Shown here in pieces: positions 38,799 to 48,021 of a DNA stretch of 64,000 bases. The stretch lies in contig JAXGPF010000006.1 in NCBI GenBank assembly GCA_040767085.1, positions 288,001 through 352,000 on the forward strand, in the 5' to 3' direction. A model generated the notes under the pieces. That model ran no database searches. It was not told the origin of the DNA and saw nothing but the letters and a program-made list of their open reading frames with translations. This DNA is from Kiritimatiellia bacterium (GTDB lineage Bacteria > Verrucomicrobiota > Kiritimatiellia > JAAZAB01). The first letter of the stretch is position 1, and each line of letters begins with the position of its first letter. The position numbers and the translations under genes are program-made.

Positions 38799-39923
38799 AT
38801 GACCTCCCGTGAACGGCTATTGGCGGTATTGCGCGGCGAAATCCCCGACTGCGTGCCGTGCTGCCCGGATATTTCCAACATGGTTCCGTGCCGGCTGACC
38901 GGCAAGCCTTTCTGGGATATTTACACTCGCCAGGATCCGCCGCTTTGGAAGGCTCATTTGGATGCCATCAAGTATTTTGATATAGACGGCGGGTTTGAAT
39001 TATATTCTTTCGGCGATTTGTTCGACGATCAACCCCGGCTTGAATGGCGCGTGGTGCATCGCTATTCCGACGGCCGTTTCGTGACCCGGTATTTCAATCC
39101 GGCTACCGGGAAATGGCATAACCGGGTGGAAGTGCATACCAGCGACAATCCTCCCGCGCGCCACGTGGATCCGGCCAAAATCGGGCTGCCAGCCGCGCCA
39201 GCCACCTGGGAACCGCTTACCGGCGTCAAACCATGGCCCACCGGTATGCAACTTTGGCGTTTGATCCGTGAGGAAATGGGCGGGCACGGTGTGCTTGGCA
39301 TGGATAGCGGCGGCCATACCCTGGTGCTGGAATCCCCGGAAGATATTTACGCTTATTATGATAATCCGGCGCCGTTTTACGAAAAGCGCGACCAAACCAT
39401 TGACACGGTCCGGCGCCGCATGGCCATTATTAAAAACCTGGACATCAAGCCGGACTTCGTCTTCTGCGGCGGATCGGGCTCCCTGATCTTCCAGAGTCCC
39501 GCCATCTTCCGCGAACTGGCCCTGCCGATCCTCAAGACCGTCACCGATTTGGCGCATGCGATGGGCATTCCCACCCACGTCCATTCCTGCGGGCCCGAGG
39601 CGGCGCTGGTCAAAATGGCGGCGGAGGAAACCAGGCTGACCGTGATTGATCCGCTGGAGCCTCCGCCGATGGGCGACTGCAACCTGGCCGAACTCAAACG
39701 CCTTTACGGCAACCGCATCGTCCTTAAAGGCAATCTCCACACAACGGAAATCATGCTGCGCGGCAAGCCCGCGGATGTGATTGCCGCCTCGCGCCAGGCC
39801 ATTGACGCGGCCGGGGCGGGCGGCCATTTCATCCTCTCCACCGGCGACCAATGCGGCCGCGACACGCCGGACGAAAATATCCGCGCCATGGTGGAAACCG
39901 CCCGGAGTTACGGAAAATACTGA
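38799..39923 (+). CDS. Uroporphyrinogen decarboxylase family (MtaA/CmuA-like) protein
   Basis: MTSRERLLA, SPAIFRELALP, HVHSCG, LKGNL and FILSTGDQCGRDTPDENI. Confidence 0.85.
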   Translation: MTSRERLLAVLRGEIPDCVPCCPDISNMVPCRLTGKPFWDIYTRQDPPLWKAHLDAIKYFDIDGGFELYSFGDLFDDQPRLEWRVVHRYSDGRFVTRYFNPATGKWHNRVEVHTSDNPPARHVDPAKIGLPAAPATWEPLTGVKPWPTGMQLWRLIREEMGGHGVLGMDSGGHTLVLESPEDIYAYYDNPAPFYEKRDQTIDTVRRRMAIIKNLDIKPDFVFCGGSGSLIFQSPAIFRELALPILKTVTDLAHAMGIPTHVHSCGPEAALVKMAAEETRLTVIDPLEPPPMGDCNLAELKRLYGNRIVLKGNLHTTEIMLRGKPADVIAASRQAIDAAGAGGHFILSTGDQCGRDTPDENIRAMVETARSYGKY

Positions 39924-40011
39924 ACCATCATCATGATTTTCCAACGCCATTTTTCAGGCCGTGAACCTTGCCGTTCCGGTATTCAATCTTTGATCTGATT
40001 TTTCCCGCACC

Positions 40012-42666
40012 ATGAACTCCATCGCAATATCCCGCACCGGCGCCTGGAAAATACTCGGTCTCGATCCGGACGGCACGCCGGCGGAAAACATCATCCTGCC
40101 CGACCCCCGCCGGCCGGATTGGCGGCCGGCACAAGTCCCCGGCGACATCAATGCCGACTTGCTGCGGCATGGCCGGATTCCCGACCCCCGCCTGGACGAC
40201 CGCGCCCGGCAATGTTACTGGGTCACCGCGAAAGACTGGTGGTATTGCGCCGCGTTTGACGCGCCGGCGCCCGGCGCGCCGGATGCCGCTCTGGTTTTCG
40301 AAGCGCTGGACGGCACGGCCGATGTGTTTTTAAATGGAAAATTCCTGGGCACCGCCGACAACGCCTTTCATCCCTGGCGCTTCCCGGCGGCGGGCCTCTT
40401 AAAACCCTGCCGGAATCAACTGTGCCTCCGGTTCCGTTCCATTGATCGTTATTTCGGCGGGCCGCGCGCCGATGACCTGGCCGGATGGCCCGGCAAGCGC
40501 GCCTTCCTGCGCAAGCCGCAATTCTGTTTCGGCTGGGATTGGGCGTTGCCATTGCCTTCGATGGGCATCGCCGGGGCAGTCCGGCTGGAATTCAACAATG
40601 CCTTGTATTTTGCCGACTTCAGCCTCCAGCCCTTTGTTTCCGGCCGCGTTGACTTCGGTTTTGAGGTCTCGCCCGCCGCCCGCCGGCAGGGCTATGAGAT
40701 CGCAATTTCCGTGTCCGGCCATGGGGCCGATGTGCAACGCCGGCTGGACCGGCGTTCAGGCATCAGTTTTTCCGGCCATGGCGCGGACGGCGCGGAAAGC
40801 CCGGCCGCGCCGTTCAAATCCTATTGTTCATTGATCATTCCTGATCCGCAACTCTGGCAGCCTAATGGATTCGGCCGCCAGCCGCTTTATGATTACACCG
40901 TCCGCCTGCTGGTTGACGGCCGGGAAGTTGACGCGCGGCATGGCCGCCTGGGCTTGCGCGAAACCGCCATCATCGAGGAGCCGTTTACCCCTCCCTTTGA
41001 CGGCGGCATGTCGTTCCATATCGCCGTTAACAGCGAAAAAATATTCTGCAAGGGGTCCAACTGGGTGCCGCTGGAATTATGGCCCGCAACGGCCGCGGAA
41101 GAGCAGTACCGGTTCTACCTGAACATGGCGCGCGCCGCCGGGTTCAACATGCTGCGAGTCTGGGGCGGCGGCATTTACGAGCGTGATATTTTTTACGATC
41201 TCTGCGATGAATACGGCATCATGATCTGGCAGGATTTCATGTTCGCCTCCTGCGGCTACCCGCTGCGCCTGCTGCGCGATAAAATTATCCGGGAAGCGGA
41301 ATATCAAATCAAACGCCTGCGCTCTCATCCGTGCCTCGCGCTCTGGTGCGGCTGCAATGAGGATATTTATTCCTGGCAGCATCCCCATGATCAGGCCGCG
41401 CCGGATGCCGTCAACCAGCAGGACACGGGCGGTTATGCGGCAAAAGCCCAGGCCGCCGAAAAATGGGAAATCAACCGGCTTCGTGACGATCCGGAGCTTT
41501 ACGGCATCCTGCTGCGCGGGCTGGTCGGCCGCCTGGGATTGAATATTCCCTACGTGGAGTCCAGCCCGGCTTCGCGCGACGACTGCGGCAATGTCCCCTT
41601 GTCCGGCAACTGCCATATCTCGGCCTGGAAATACGCCCTGTTCCAAGCCAACGGCCAGCCGGAAAATTTTCGCCGGCATTTCGAGCAAATCTGCTCGTTC
41701 AACTCCGAATTCTGCGACCAGGGACCCTGTTCCGCCGCGGCGTTCCGGCGCTTTTTTTCCGGGCAAAATCTCTGGCCGCCGAATGACGTCTGGACTTACC
41801 ATATCCAGCGCGGACACAAGCAACTCCCGCATCATGAACAGACCCTGTTCATCGCCGGCGGAATTTTCGGCCCGATCAAATCGCTGGAGGACTACGTCAA
41901 ATTCGGCCAGGCGGCCCACCTGGAGATGACCCGCTGCGAATTCGAGGCCGCGCGGCGCGACCGGCCAAACTGCGGCGGAACCATGTCCTGGATGTTCAAT
42001 GACTGCTGGCCGACGTCCAATTGGTCCATTATTGATTACTACCGCGCGCCCAAACCGGCGTACTATGCGTCAAAACGCGCCTGCGCTCCGATTTTGCCGG
42101 TCGTTTTCCCGCGCGCCGGATTTTTCGAATTCTTTGTGGATAATCAAACGCCGGACGCCGCTGACGTCCGGGTGATTTACGGCATGGAAACCCTGGCCGG
42201 CCGGCGCTTGCTGGAAAAGTCGCAACTCCTTACCCTGCCGGCCAACCGGAACCTGGTGTTTGACCGCCTGCCGGAGGCGGGACTGGGCGCCCCGCTTGAC
42301 GCCTATTTGTTCATTGACGCCGAAGTCAACGGGACGCCCCTGCCGCGCCAGTGCTGGTTCCCGCATGGCTGGCGGGAGGTCCCCTGGCCTGATCCGACGA
42401 TCTCGGCAACATGCGCGTCCGTCCGGCGTCATCCGGATGATGCATGGTCGGCGGAAATATCCCTGGCGGCCGACGCCTTTGTCCGGCTCTGCCATGTTGC
42501 GCTGGCGGCCGGCCCGGCCGCCGGCCGGGCCGCGCCGGCGGCGGAGTATTCGGATAATTATTTCGATTTGCCGCCCGGCCATGCTCATGTCATTACAATC
42601 ACGTCCCCGCGTGAAATCAGGCAGGCAGACCTTCGCGTCGGGCATTGGCAAGGGGCGTGGCTGTGA
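40012..42666 (+). CDS. Beta-mannosidase-like glycoside hydrolase family 2
   Basis: LRKPQFCFGWDW, KGSNWVP, NMLRVWGGG, WQDFMFA, WCGCNE, SEF and WMFNDCWP. Confidence 0.88.
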   Translation: MNSIAISRTGAWKILGLDPDGTPAENIILPDPRRPDWRPAQVPGDINADLLRHGRIPDPRLDDRARQCYWVTAKDWWYCAAFDAPAPGAPDAALVFEALDGTADVFLNGKFLGTADNAFHPWRFPAAGLLKPCRNQLCLRFRSIDRYFGGPRADDLAGWPGKRAFLRKPQFCFGWDWALPLPSMGIAGAVRLEFNNALYFADFSLQPFVSGRVDFGFEVSPAARRQGYEIAISVSGHGADVQRRLDRRSGISFSGHGADGAESPAAPFKSYCSLIIPDPQLWQPNGFGRQPLYDYTVRLLVDGREVDARHGRLGLRETAIIEEPFTPPFDGGMSFHIAVNSEKIFCKGSNWVPLELWPATAAEEQYRFYLNMARAAGFNMLRVWGGGIYERDIFYDLCDEYGIMIWQDFMFASCGYPLRLLRDKIIREAEYQIKRLRSHPCLALWCGCNEDIYSWQHPHDQAAPDAVNQQDTGGYAAKAQAAEKWEINRLRDDPELYGILLRGLVGRLGLNIPYVESSPASRDDCGNVPLSGNCHISAWKYALFQANGQPENFRRHFEQICSFNSEFCDQGPCSAAAFRRFFSGQNLWPPNDVWTYHIQRGHKQLPHHEQTLFIAGGIFGPIKSLEDYVKFGQAAHLEMTRCEFEAARRDRPNCGGTMSWMFNDCWPTSNWSIIDYYRAPKPAYYASKRACAPILPVVFPRAGFFEFFVDNQTPDAADVRVIYGMETLAGRRLLEKSQLLTLPANRNLVFDRLPEAGLGAPLDAYLFIDAEVNGTPLPRQCWFPHGWREVPWPDPTISATCASVRRHPDDAWSAEISLAADAFVRLCHVALAAGPAAGRAAPAAEYSDNYFDLPPGHAHVITITSPREIRQADLRVGHWQGAWL

Positions 42667-42684
42667 GCCGGACGCCGGGCCGGA

Positions 42685-42712
42685 TTGACAAATCGCCGGT
42701 GGAAGGTAATAT
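42685..42712 (+). promoter_or_regulatory. Sigma70-type promoter for the 42733 gene pair
   Basis: TTGACA, 16 bp spacer, TAATAT. Confidence 0.55.
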
Positions 42713-42732
42713 GCCTCCCGGAGCAACGGATT

Positions 42733-44232
42733 ATGTCGCATTTTAACTGTACTACCAGCACGCATGGCCGGCGGCACTTGGAGCTTGAAATTACGTATCC
42801 CCTGGACCGCTCCGCCCGGGGCCGCGAAACCTACCGGCTGGATGCGTGGTTCTTCATCCCCCCGCCCCTCCAGCACTGGTACGAATTCAATCCGCGCGAA
42901 CAGTTTTTCCGCGACTTGACCGCCTATACCCGCTTCCAACCATTTCCGCTTTCCCTGGGCGCCCTGGCCAATATGCTGGACGAGCGCAATCCCATGTGCC
43001 GCATCCGCAGCCTGGCGGTGTTTGCCGCGCTGGATACCGAGCCGACGCAGAAAAAAATCATCTATGAAATGCGCATGTTGATCAATGTTTTCCAAAGCCA
43101 GTTCCGCGGCCAGTGCGCCTTGATCGATGAAATGGCCGATGGCAAAAATTACCCCGCCGCCAAGGTGGCCGTGGTTGTCCGGCGCCTGCTGAACGAAATC
43201 TCACTGATCTTGAAACATTTCGCCGAGTTGGAACCGCTCATTCTCGCCCCGCACGTTCCGCCGATTGTCCGCAACCATTACCGCTGGGCGGACGAATCCT
43301 TCAGCATCCGGGCGGAAAAAAACTTTTACCGGCTTTACCGCTCCCTGTCCAAGGCCGGCATATTGCCGGAGCTGGCGGCGCTGTGCCGCGCCGAAATCGC
43401 CGCGCAAATCGCCCACCGCCGCGGCCGCCAGTACGAAACCGTGGTGGACCCGCGCAACGACCGCACGAACGAGCTGTTCAGCTTCCGCGAGCATCAGTTG
43501 AAAAAATGGGCCGAAAGCGTCATGTACATGACCGTCGCCCGCAGCCGCCTGCCGCAGCATGTGCTGCATCTTTCCTTCGGCATCGCCGCTGCCGTGGCCA
43601 TGGCCGTCGCCGTCGCCGCCGCGGTGGTCGCCGAAACGTATTTTAATGTGCACAGCTATCCCTGGGCCATCCTGGCCGTTGCCGCCTACGTGTTCAAGGA
43701 CCGGATCAAGGATGTCCTGCGCAACTGGGCGCAACACCTCCTGCCCCGCTTCATCGCCGACCGCATGCAGCGCCTGATCAACCCCTACTCCGGCCGCCGC
43801 GCCGGTTTGACGCGCGAACGCGTGCGCATGACGCACATGGAAAACCTGCCGATGGAAGTGCGCCGCCTCCGGCACAACCGCCAGCATCCCTACCGCGGCT
43901 TGACCCCGCCGGAGGATGTCCTGCATTACCACAAGGAAGTCAAGTTCCATTCCGACCGCCTGCGCGCTACCGAAAACCGGTTGACCGCACTTTGCGAAAT
44001 CCTGCGGCTGGACATGCGCCACTGGTTCTACAAGATGGACAAAGCGGATGATGACCTGACTTGCGTGGAAGGGGAAAAGGTCCGGTTGATCAAATCCCGC
44101 CGGGTATATCACATCAATGTCATCCTGCGCCTGACGCACAACGGCGGCAGCCGTGAACCCCCGGCGCTCTACCGCTACCGCCTGGTGGCCAACCGCGCCG
44201 GCATTGTCCGGATCGAGGAAGCGTCGGGATGA
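42733..44232 (+). CDS. Hypothetical membrane protein: large helical N-domain, two TM helices, soluble C-domain
   Basis: About 500 aa with native codon usage; TM hairpin LSFGIAAAVAMAVAVAAAVVA / WAILAVAAYVFKDRIKD; no recognisable catalytic motif. Confidence 0.75.
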   Translation: MSHFNCTTSTHGRRHLELEITYPLDRSARGRETYRLDAWFFIPPPLQHWYEFNPREQFFRDLTAYTRFQPFPLSLGALANMLDERNPMCRIRSLAVFAALDTEPTQKKIIYEMRMLINVFQSQFRGQCALIDEMADGKNYPAAKVAVVVRRLLNEISLILKHFAELEPLILAPHVPPIVRNHYRWADESFSIRAEKNFYRLYRSLSKAGILPELAALCRAEIAAQIAHRRGRQYETVVDPRNDRTNELFSFREHQLKKWAESVMYMTVARSRLPQHVLHLSFGIAAAVAMAVAVAAAVVAETYFNVHSYPWAILAVAAYVFKDRIKDVLRNWAQHLLPRFIADRMQRLINPYSGRRAGLTRERVRMTHMENLPMEVRRLRHNRQHPYRGLTPPEDVLHYHKEVKFHSDRLRATENRLTALCEILRLDMRHWFYKMDKADDDLTCVEGEKVRLIKSRRVYHINVILRLTHNGGSREPPALYRYRLVANRAGIVRIEEASG

Positions 44233-45701
44233 AGCAGCGCATCCGCATTGCAATTATCGCCGACTTGCACCGCCAGACATACGATCCCGGCGGCGCCGCT
44301 CAACGCCAGGGATATTTTGCCGATATCTTCCTGCTGCGGACCGTTCATCGCCTTAACCGGTTCATCCGCCCCGATGTCACCCTGGTCCTGGGCGACCTCC
44401 TGGATGAACCTAACGCCGGCCGGGCCGCACGCCTGCTGGCCGGACTGCGGCGGATTCTGGACCTCCTGGAATCACCCTGCATCGTCCTCCCCGGCAATCA
44501 CGATCCGGCCCCGGATGTTTTTTACCGGACCATGCCCCGTCCGCCGGAACAGATGGACGTCCAGGGCGTCCGGCTCCTGCCTTTTGCGGATCAGCAAACC
44601 GAAGGATACAACGCCCGCCGCAGCGCGCCGGACATCGCGCGCCTGGCCGCCGCGCGCCGTGATTTCAACGGCCCGATTGTGACAGTCCAGCATGTGCCGC
44701 TTTCGCCGCCCGGCCGGTCCGCCTGCCCCTACAACTACGCCAACGCGCCGGATATTATTTCCGCCATGCGCGCCCAAGGCATCAACTTTGCCATCAGCGG
44801 CCATTATCACCGGGGCATGGAACTGGCTGATGCCGGCATGACTTTTATTGCCGCGCCGGCCTTGTGCGAGCAGCCTTTCCAATTCCTGGTGGCGGACATG
44901 CATGACGGCATGATTGATCTCACCCGGCATGCGCTGGCCAACCCCGCGGAACTGGGCCTGGCGGATTTCCACGTGCATACGCCCTACGCTTATTGCAATG
45001 AAAACATGGATATCTGCCGGTCGTTGAAGCTTGGCAAGCTGTTCGGATTGAAACACATGGTCTTCACCGAACATTCCGGCCATTTATACTTCGGTAAAAG
45101 CGATTACTGGTCGGGGAATTTTTTGCGCGGCACGGCGCCGCTGCCGGCCGGTCGGGCGGCGGCTTATTTCGCCGACACCGCGCGCCTGGATTCGGCCTTC
45201 GCCGCCGCCGGCATGGAACTGGACTGCGATTTCGCAGGGCGGCCGGTGATCCGGCCGGAGCATTTCAAGGCGCTGCGCCTGCCGATCGGCGCGGTGCATT
45301 TTCTGCCCGGCCTGCCGGCGCCGCAGCCCGATCCGGCGCGGGTGCAGGATGAATTTCTGGGGATGCTCCGCCGGTTTCTGCGTTCCGGCATCGTCAGCCT
45401 GGCGCATCCGCTGCGCATCTTCCAGAAAAACCGGCTGCCGCCGCCGGCCGCCATCTTCCCGCAACTGGCGCAATTGCTGCGGGCAAACAACGTGGCCGCC
45501 GAGCTGAATTTTCATACCAACCATCCCGACCCGGAATTTTTCCGGGTGTGCCTCGACCGGGGCGTGAAAATCGCGCTGGGCAGCGACGCGCACAACCTGT
45601 ATGAAATCGGCGAATTCTACCCGCACCTGCGGTTCCTGCGGGATGACTGCGGCTATGACGGCGATTTGGCCGATGTGCTGCTGGCCCCCGATGCGAACTG
45701 A
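44229..45701 (+). CDS. Calcineurin-like metallophosphoesterase fused to a PHP domain
   Basis: ADLH, GDLLD, GNHD, H and GHYH; then DFHVHT, TEHSGH, AHP and LGSDAH; ATGA overlap with the upstream gene. Confidence 0.85.
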   Translation: MKQRIRIAIIADLHRQTYDPGGAAQRQGYFADIFLLRTVHRLNRFIRPDVTLVLGDLLDEPNAGRAARLLAGLRRILDLLESPCIVLPGNHDPAPDVFYRTMPRPPEQMDVQGVRLLPFADQQTEGYNARRSAPDIARLAAARRDFNGPIVTVQHVPLSPPGRSACPYNYANAPDIISAMRAQGINFAISGHYHRGMELADAGMTFIAAPALCEQPFQFLVADMHDGMIDLTRHALANPAELGLADFHVHTPYAYCNENMDICRSLKLGKLFGLKHMVFTEHSGHLYFGKSDYWSGNFLRGTAPLPAGRAAAYFADTARLDSAFAAAGMELDCDFAGRPVIRPEHFKALRLPIGAVHFLPGLPAPQPDPARVQDEFLGMLRRFLRSGIVSLAHPLRIFQKNRLPPPAAIFPQLAQLLRANNVAAELNFHTNHPDPEFFRVCLDRGVKIALGSDAHNLYEIGEFYPHLRFLRDDCGYDGDLADVLLAPDAN

Positions 45702-45712
45702 TTGTCCGCAGG

Positions 45713-46504
45713 TCAGGACGACAGAAACTCCGTCATCAACTTAACGCACCTGTCCGGCGCCTCGGCCAGGCTCATGTGCGCCGCGGGCAGAACCGCGAGC
45801 TGCGCCCGCGGCAGGCGCTCCGCCAGCGCCCGCGCATCCTCCGGCGGCGTCAGAAGGTCCTCGGCCCCGGCCATTAACAACGCCGGCGTCCGGATTTGGT
45901 CAAGCCACTCCCGGGCGTCAAAGGCAACCATGGCAGCCAGTTGCCGCTCGAAATCCGCCGCAGTCTGCGCCGCCGGGAGGGCGGCGACAGCATCCATTAA
46001 CGCTTGCGCCCGGGATTGATCCGCCAGCCAGGCCTCGGAAAACAACCAGGGCATGATCACCGGGAAAATCCGGCCGGCGGAAAGTCCGGCACGCCATAAA
46101 TGCGCATTGGTCCGGAAAACAAATTCGCTGCGCGCCCGCAGCCGGACGCAGGGATTGCATAAAATCAACCGCGCCACCCGCGCGGGGTGCCGGCGGGCGG
46201 CGGCCAAGGCAATGGCGCAGCCCATGGAATGCCCGGCCAGGCAGGCCGCCGGCACAGCCAGGGCATCCAGCAGGGCGCAGGTGTCATCCGCCAGGCAGTC
46301 AATGTCAAACGGCGCGGACGGCGCGCGCGTCCGCCCGACACCGCGGTTGTCGAAAACGATCACCCGGAATTTTTCCGCCAAAGGCCCGCGCACGGGCGCC
46401 CAGGCGTCATGCGCCGCCCCCAGCCCGGCAATGCAAACCAGCGGCGCGCCCGTCCCCCGCTCCTCGTAATATATTTCCAGGCCGCCGGCGGCGATCATTG
46501 GCAT
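45713..46504 (-). CDS. Alpha/beta hydrolase (3-oxoadipate enol-lactonase-like)
   Basis: FDNRGVG, GHSMG, GAEDLLTP and AAHM. Confidence 0.85.
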   Translation of the reverse strand: MPMIAAGGLEIYYEERGTGAPLVCIAGLGAAHDAWAPVRGPLAEKFRVIVFDNRGVGRTRAPSAPFDIDCLADDTCALLDALAVPAACLAGHSMGCAIALAAARRHPARVARLILCNPCVRLRARSEFVFRTNAHLWRAGLSAGRIFPVIMPWLFSEAWLADQSRAQALMDAVAALPAAQTAADFERQLAAMVAFDAREWLDQIRTPALLMAGAEDLLTPPEDARALAERLPRAQLAVLPAAHMSLAEAPDRCVKLMTEFLSS

Positions 46505-46670
46505 GCTGCGCCCCCAATTCAGTAATCGTGTTCGGCAACTGGAATATTCTCACACGAAGTCACAAGAACACCAAGAAAAAACTTTCAGACAATGGTGGAA
46601 CTTGGCGCCAGTTTATGCTACATTGAACTAGCGTCCGGCATAAACAGCCCGGCGCGCGGAAAGTCTACAT

Positions 46671-47999
46671 ATGTGGTTTGTATATAATTGCGTTTTTACG
46701 CTGGTCTACCTCCTGATGCTCCCGTATTTCTTCCGCCGCATGTGGCGCCGGGGCGGCTACCGCCGCGGTTTCCTCCAGCGCCTCGGCCGCTACGATGCCG
46801 CCACCCTCGCGCAGCTTGACGCCCTTCCGCCGGCGCAGCGGATATGGGTGCATGCCGTCAGCGTGGGCGAAATCCGTGTGGCGCTGGATTTCATCGAGGC
46901 CTTGCGGCGCCGGCGCCCGGAGTTGCGCTTCATCCTCACCACCACAACCTCCACCGGCCATGCGCTGGCGCGTAAATATTTGTCCCCGCGCGATGTGCTG
47001 CTGTATTACCCGGCCGACTTCCCGTCTGTAGTGCGCCGGACAGTCAACCGGTTGCAGCCGCGGATGCTGGTGCTGGTGGACGGCGAATTCTGGCCTAACC
47101 TGCTGCGCGCGCTGCACGCCCGGCGCATTCCAACCGCCTTGATCAACGGCCGGGTCTCCGCGCGTTCGTTCCGCGGCTACCGCCGGATTCGCCCCTGGGT
47201 GGCCCCGGTGCTGGCCGGCCTGGATTTCTGCGGCATGCAAAGCCGGGGAGACGCCGAACGGCTGACAGTCCTGGGCGCCAACCAGGATCGGGTGCATGTC
47301 CTGGGTTCAGCCAAGTACGACGTGGCACTGGCCGCGCGCCGCGCGCATGACGGCGCCGCCGTCCGCCGGGCGCTACAGGCAGCCGGCCTGGGCATGGACC
47401 GGCGTTTTCTGGTGGGCGGGTCAACCTGGCCGGGCGAAGAAACGGTCCTGCTGGAAACATTTAAACGCCTGCGGGAAGAGGACCCGTTGGCCCAATTGAT
47501 CCTGGTGCCGCGCCACATGGAGCGTGCCGGCCCCGTGCTGGAGGATATCCAGCGCGCCGGACTGCCGGCGGCGCGATGGAGCCTGGTGCGCCCGCGGCCG
47601 GGCGGGCCGGCAGCCGCTCCGTCCGCCGACCTCAACGGCAAGGTGTTGTTGGTGGACACTACCGGCGATCTGCCGGAATTTTACGCCCTGGCCGAAGTCA
47701 TTTTCGTGGGCAAAAGCCTCTGTCAGCACGGCGGCCAAAATGTGGTCGAGCCCGCGGCCTTCGGCAAGGCGGTTGTGACGGGACCGCATATGGAAAACTT
47801 CTCCGGCGTGATGGAAGACTTGCTGGCTGCGAACGCCGTGATCCAGGTGCGGGACCGCCAGGCACTGGAAGACGCGCTGCTGCGGTTGTGGGGCAATCCG
47901 CAACTGCGCCGGGAATACGGCGACCGGGCCCGGCAACTGGTGGAAGCCAAGGCCGGCGCGGCGGATGCCAGCGCCGCGCAAGTATCTGAATTGCTTTGA
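46671..47999 (+). CDS. waaA: 3-deoxy-D-manno-octulosonic acid transferase
   Basis: IWVHAVSVGE, EFWPNL, INGRVS, GSTWPGEE, VPRH, DTTG.L and GGQNVVEPA. Confidence 0.93.
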   Translation: MWFVYNCVFTLVYLLMLPYFFRRMWRRGGYRRGFLQRLGRYDAATLAQLDALPPAQRIWVHAVSVGEIRVALDFIEALRRRRPELRFILTTTTSTGHALARKYLSPRDVLLYYPADFPSVVRRTVNRLQPRMLVLVDGEFWPNLLRALHARRIPTALINGRVSARSFRGYRRIRPWVAPVLAGLDFCGMQSRGDAERLTVLGANQDRVHVLGSAKYDVALAARRAHDGAAVRRALQAAGLGMDRRFLVGGSTWPGEETVLLETFKRLREEDPLAQLILVPRHMERAGPVLEDIQRAGLPAARWSLVRPRPGGPAAAPSADLNGKVLLVDTTGDLPEFYALAEVIFVGKSLCQHGGQNVVEPAAFGKAVVTGPHMENFSGVMEDLLAANAVIQVRDRQALEDALLRLWGNPQLRREYGDRARQLVEAKAGAADASAAQVSELL

Positions 48000-48021
48000 T
48001 TGATTTTACGGGGAATAAAAC

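Noticed and set aside
46603-46619. Sigma54-like TGGCGCCAGTTTATGC upstream of waaA
   Set aside because: The GG to GC spacing is 11, not the required 10.
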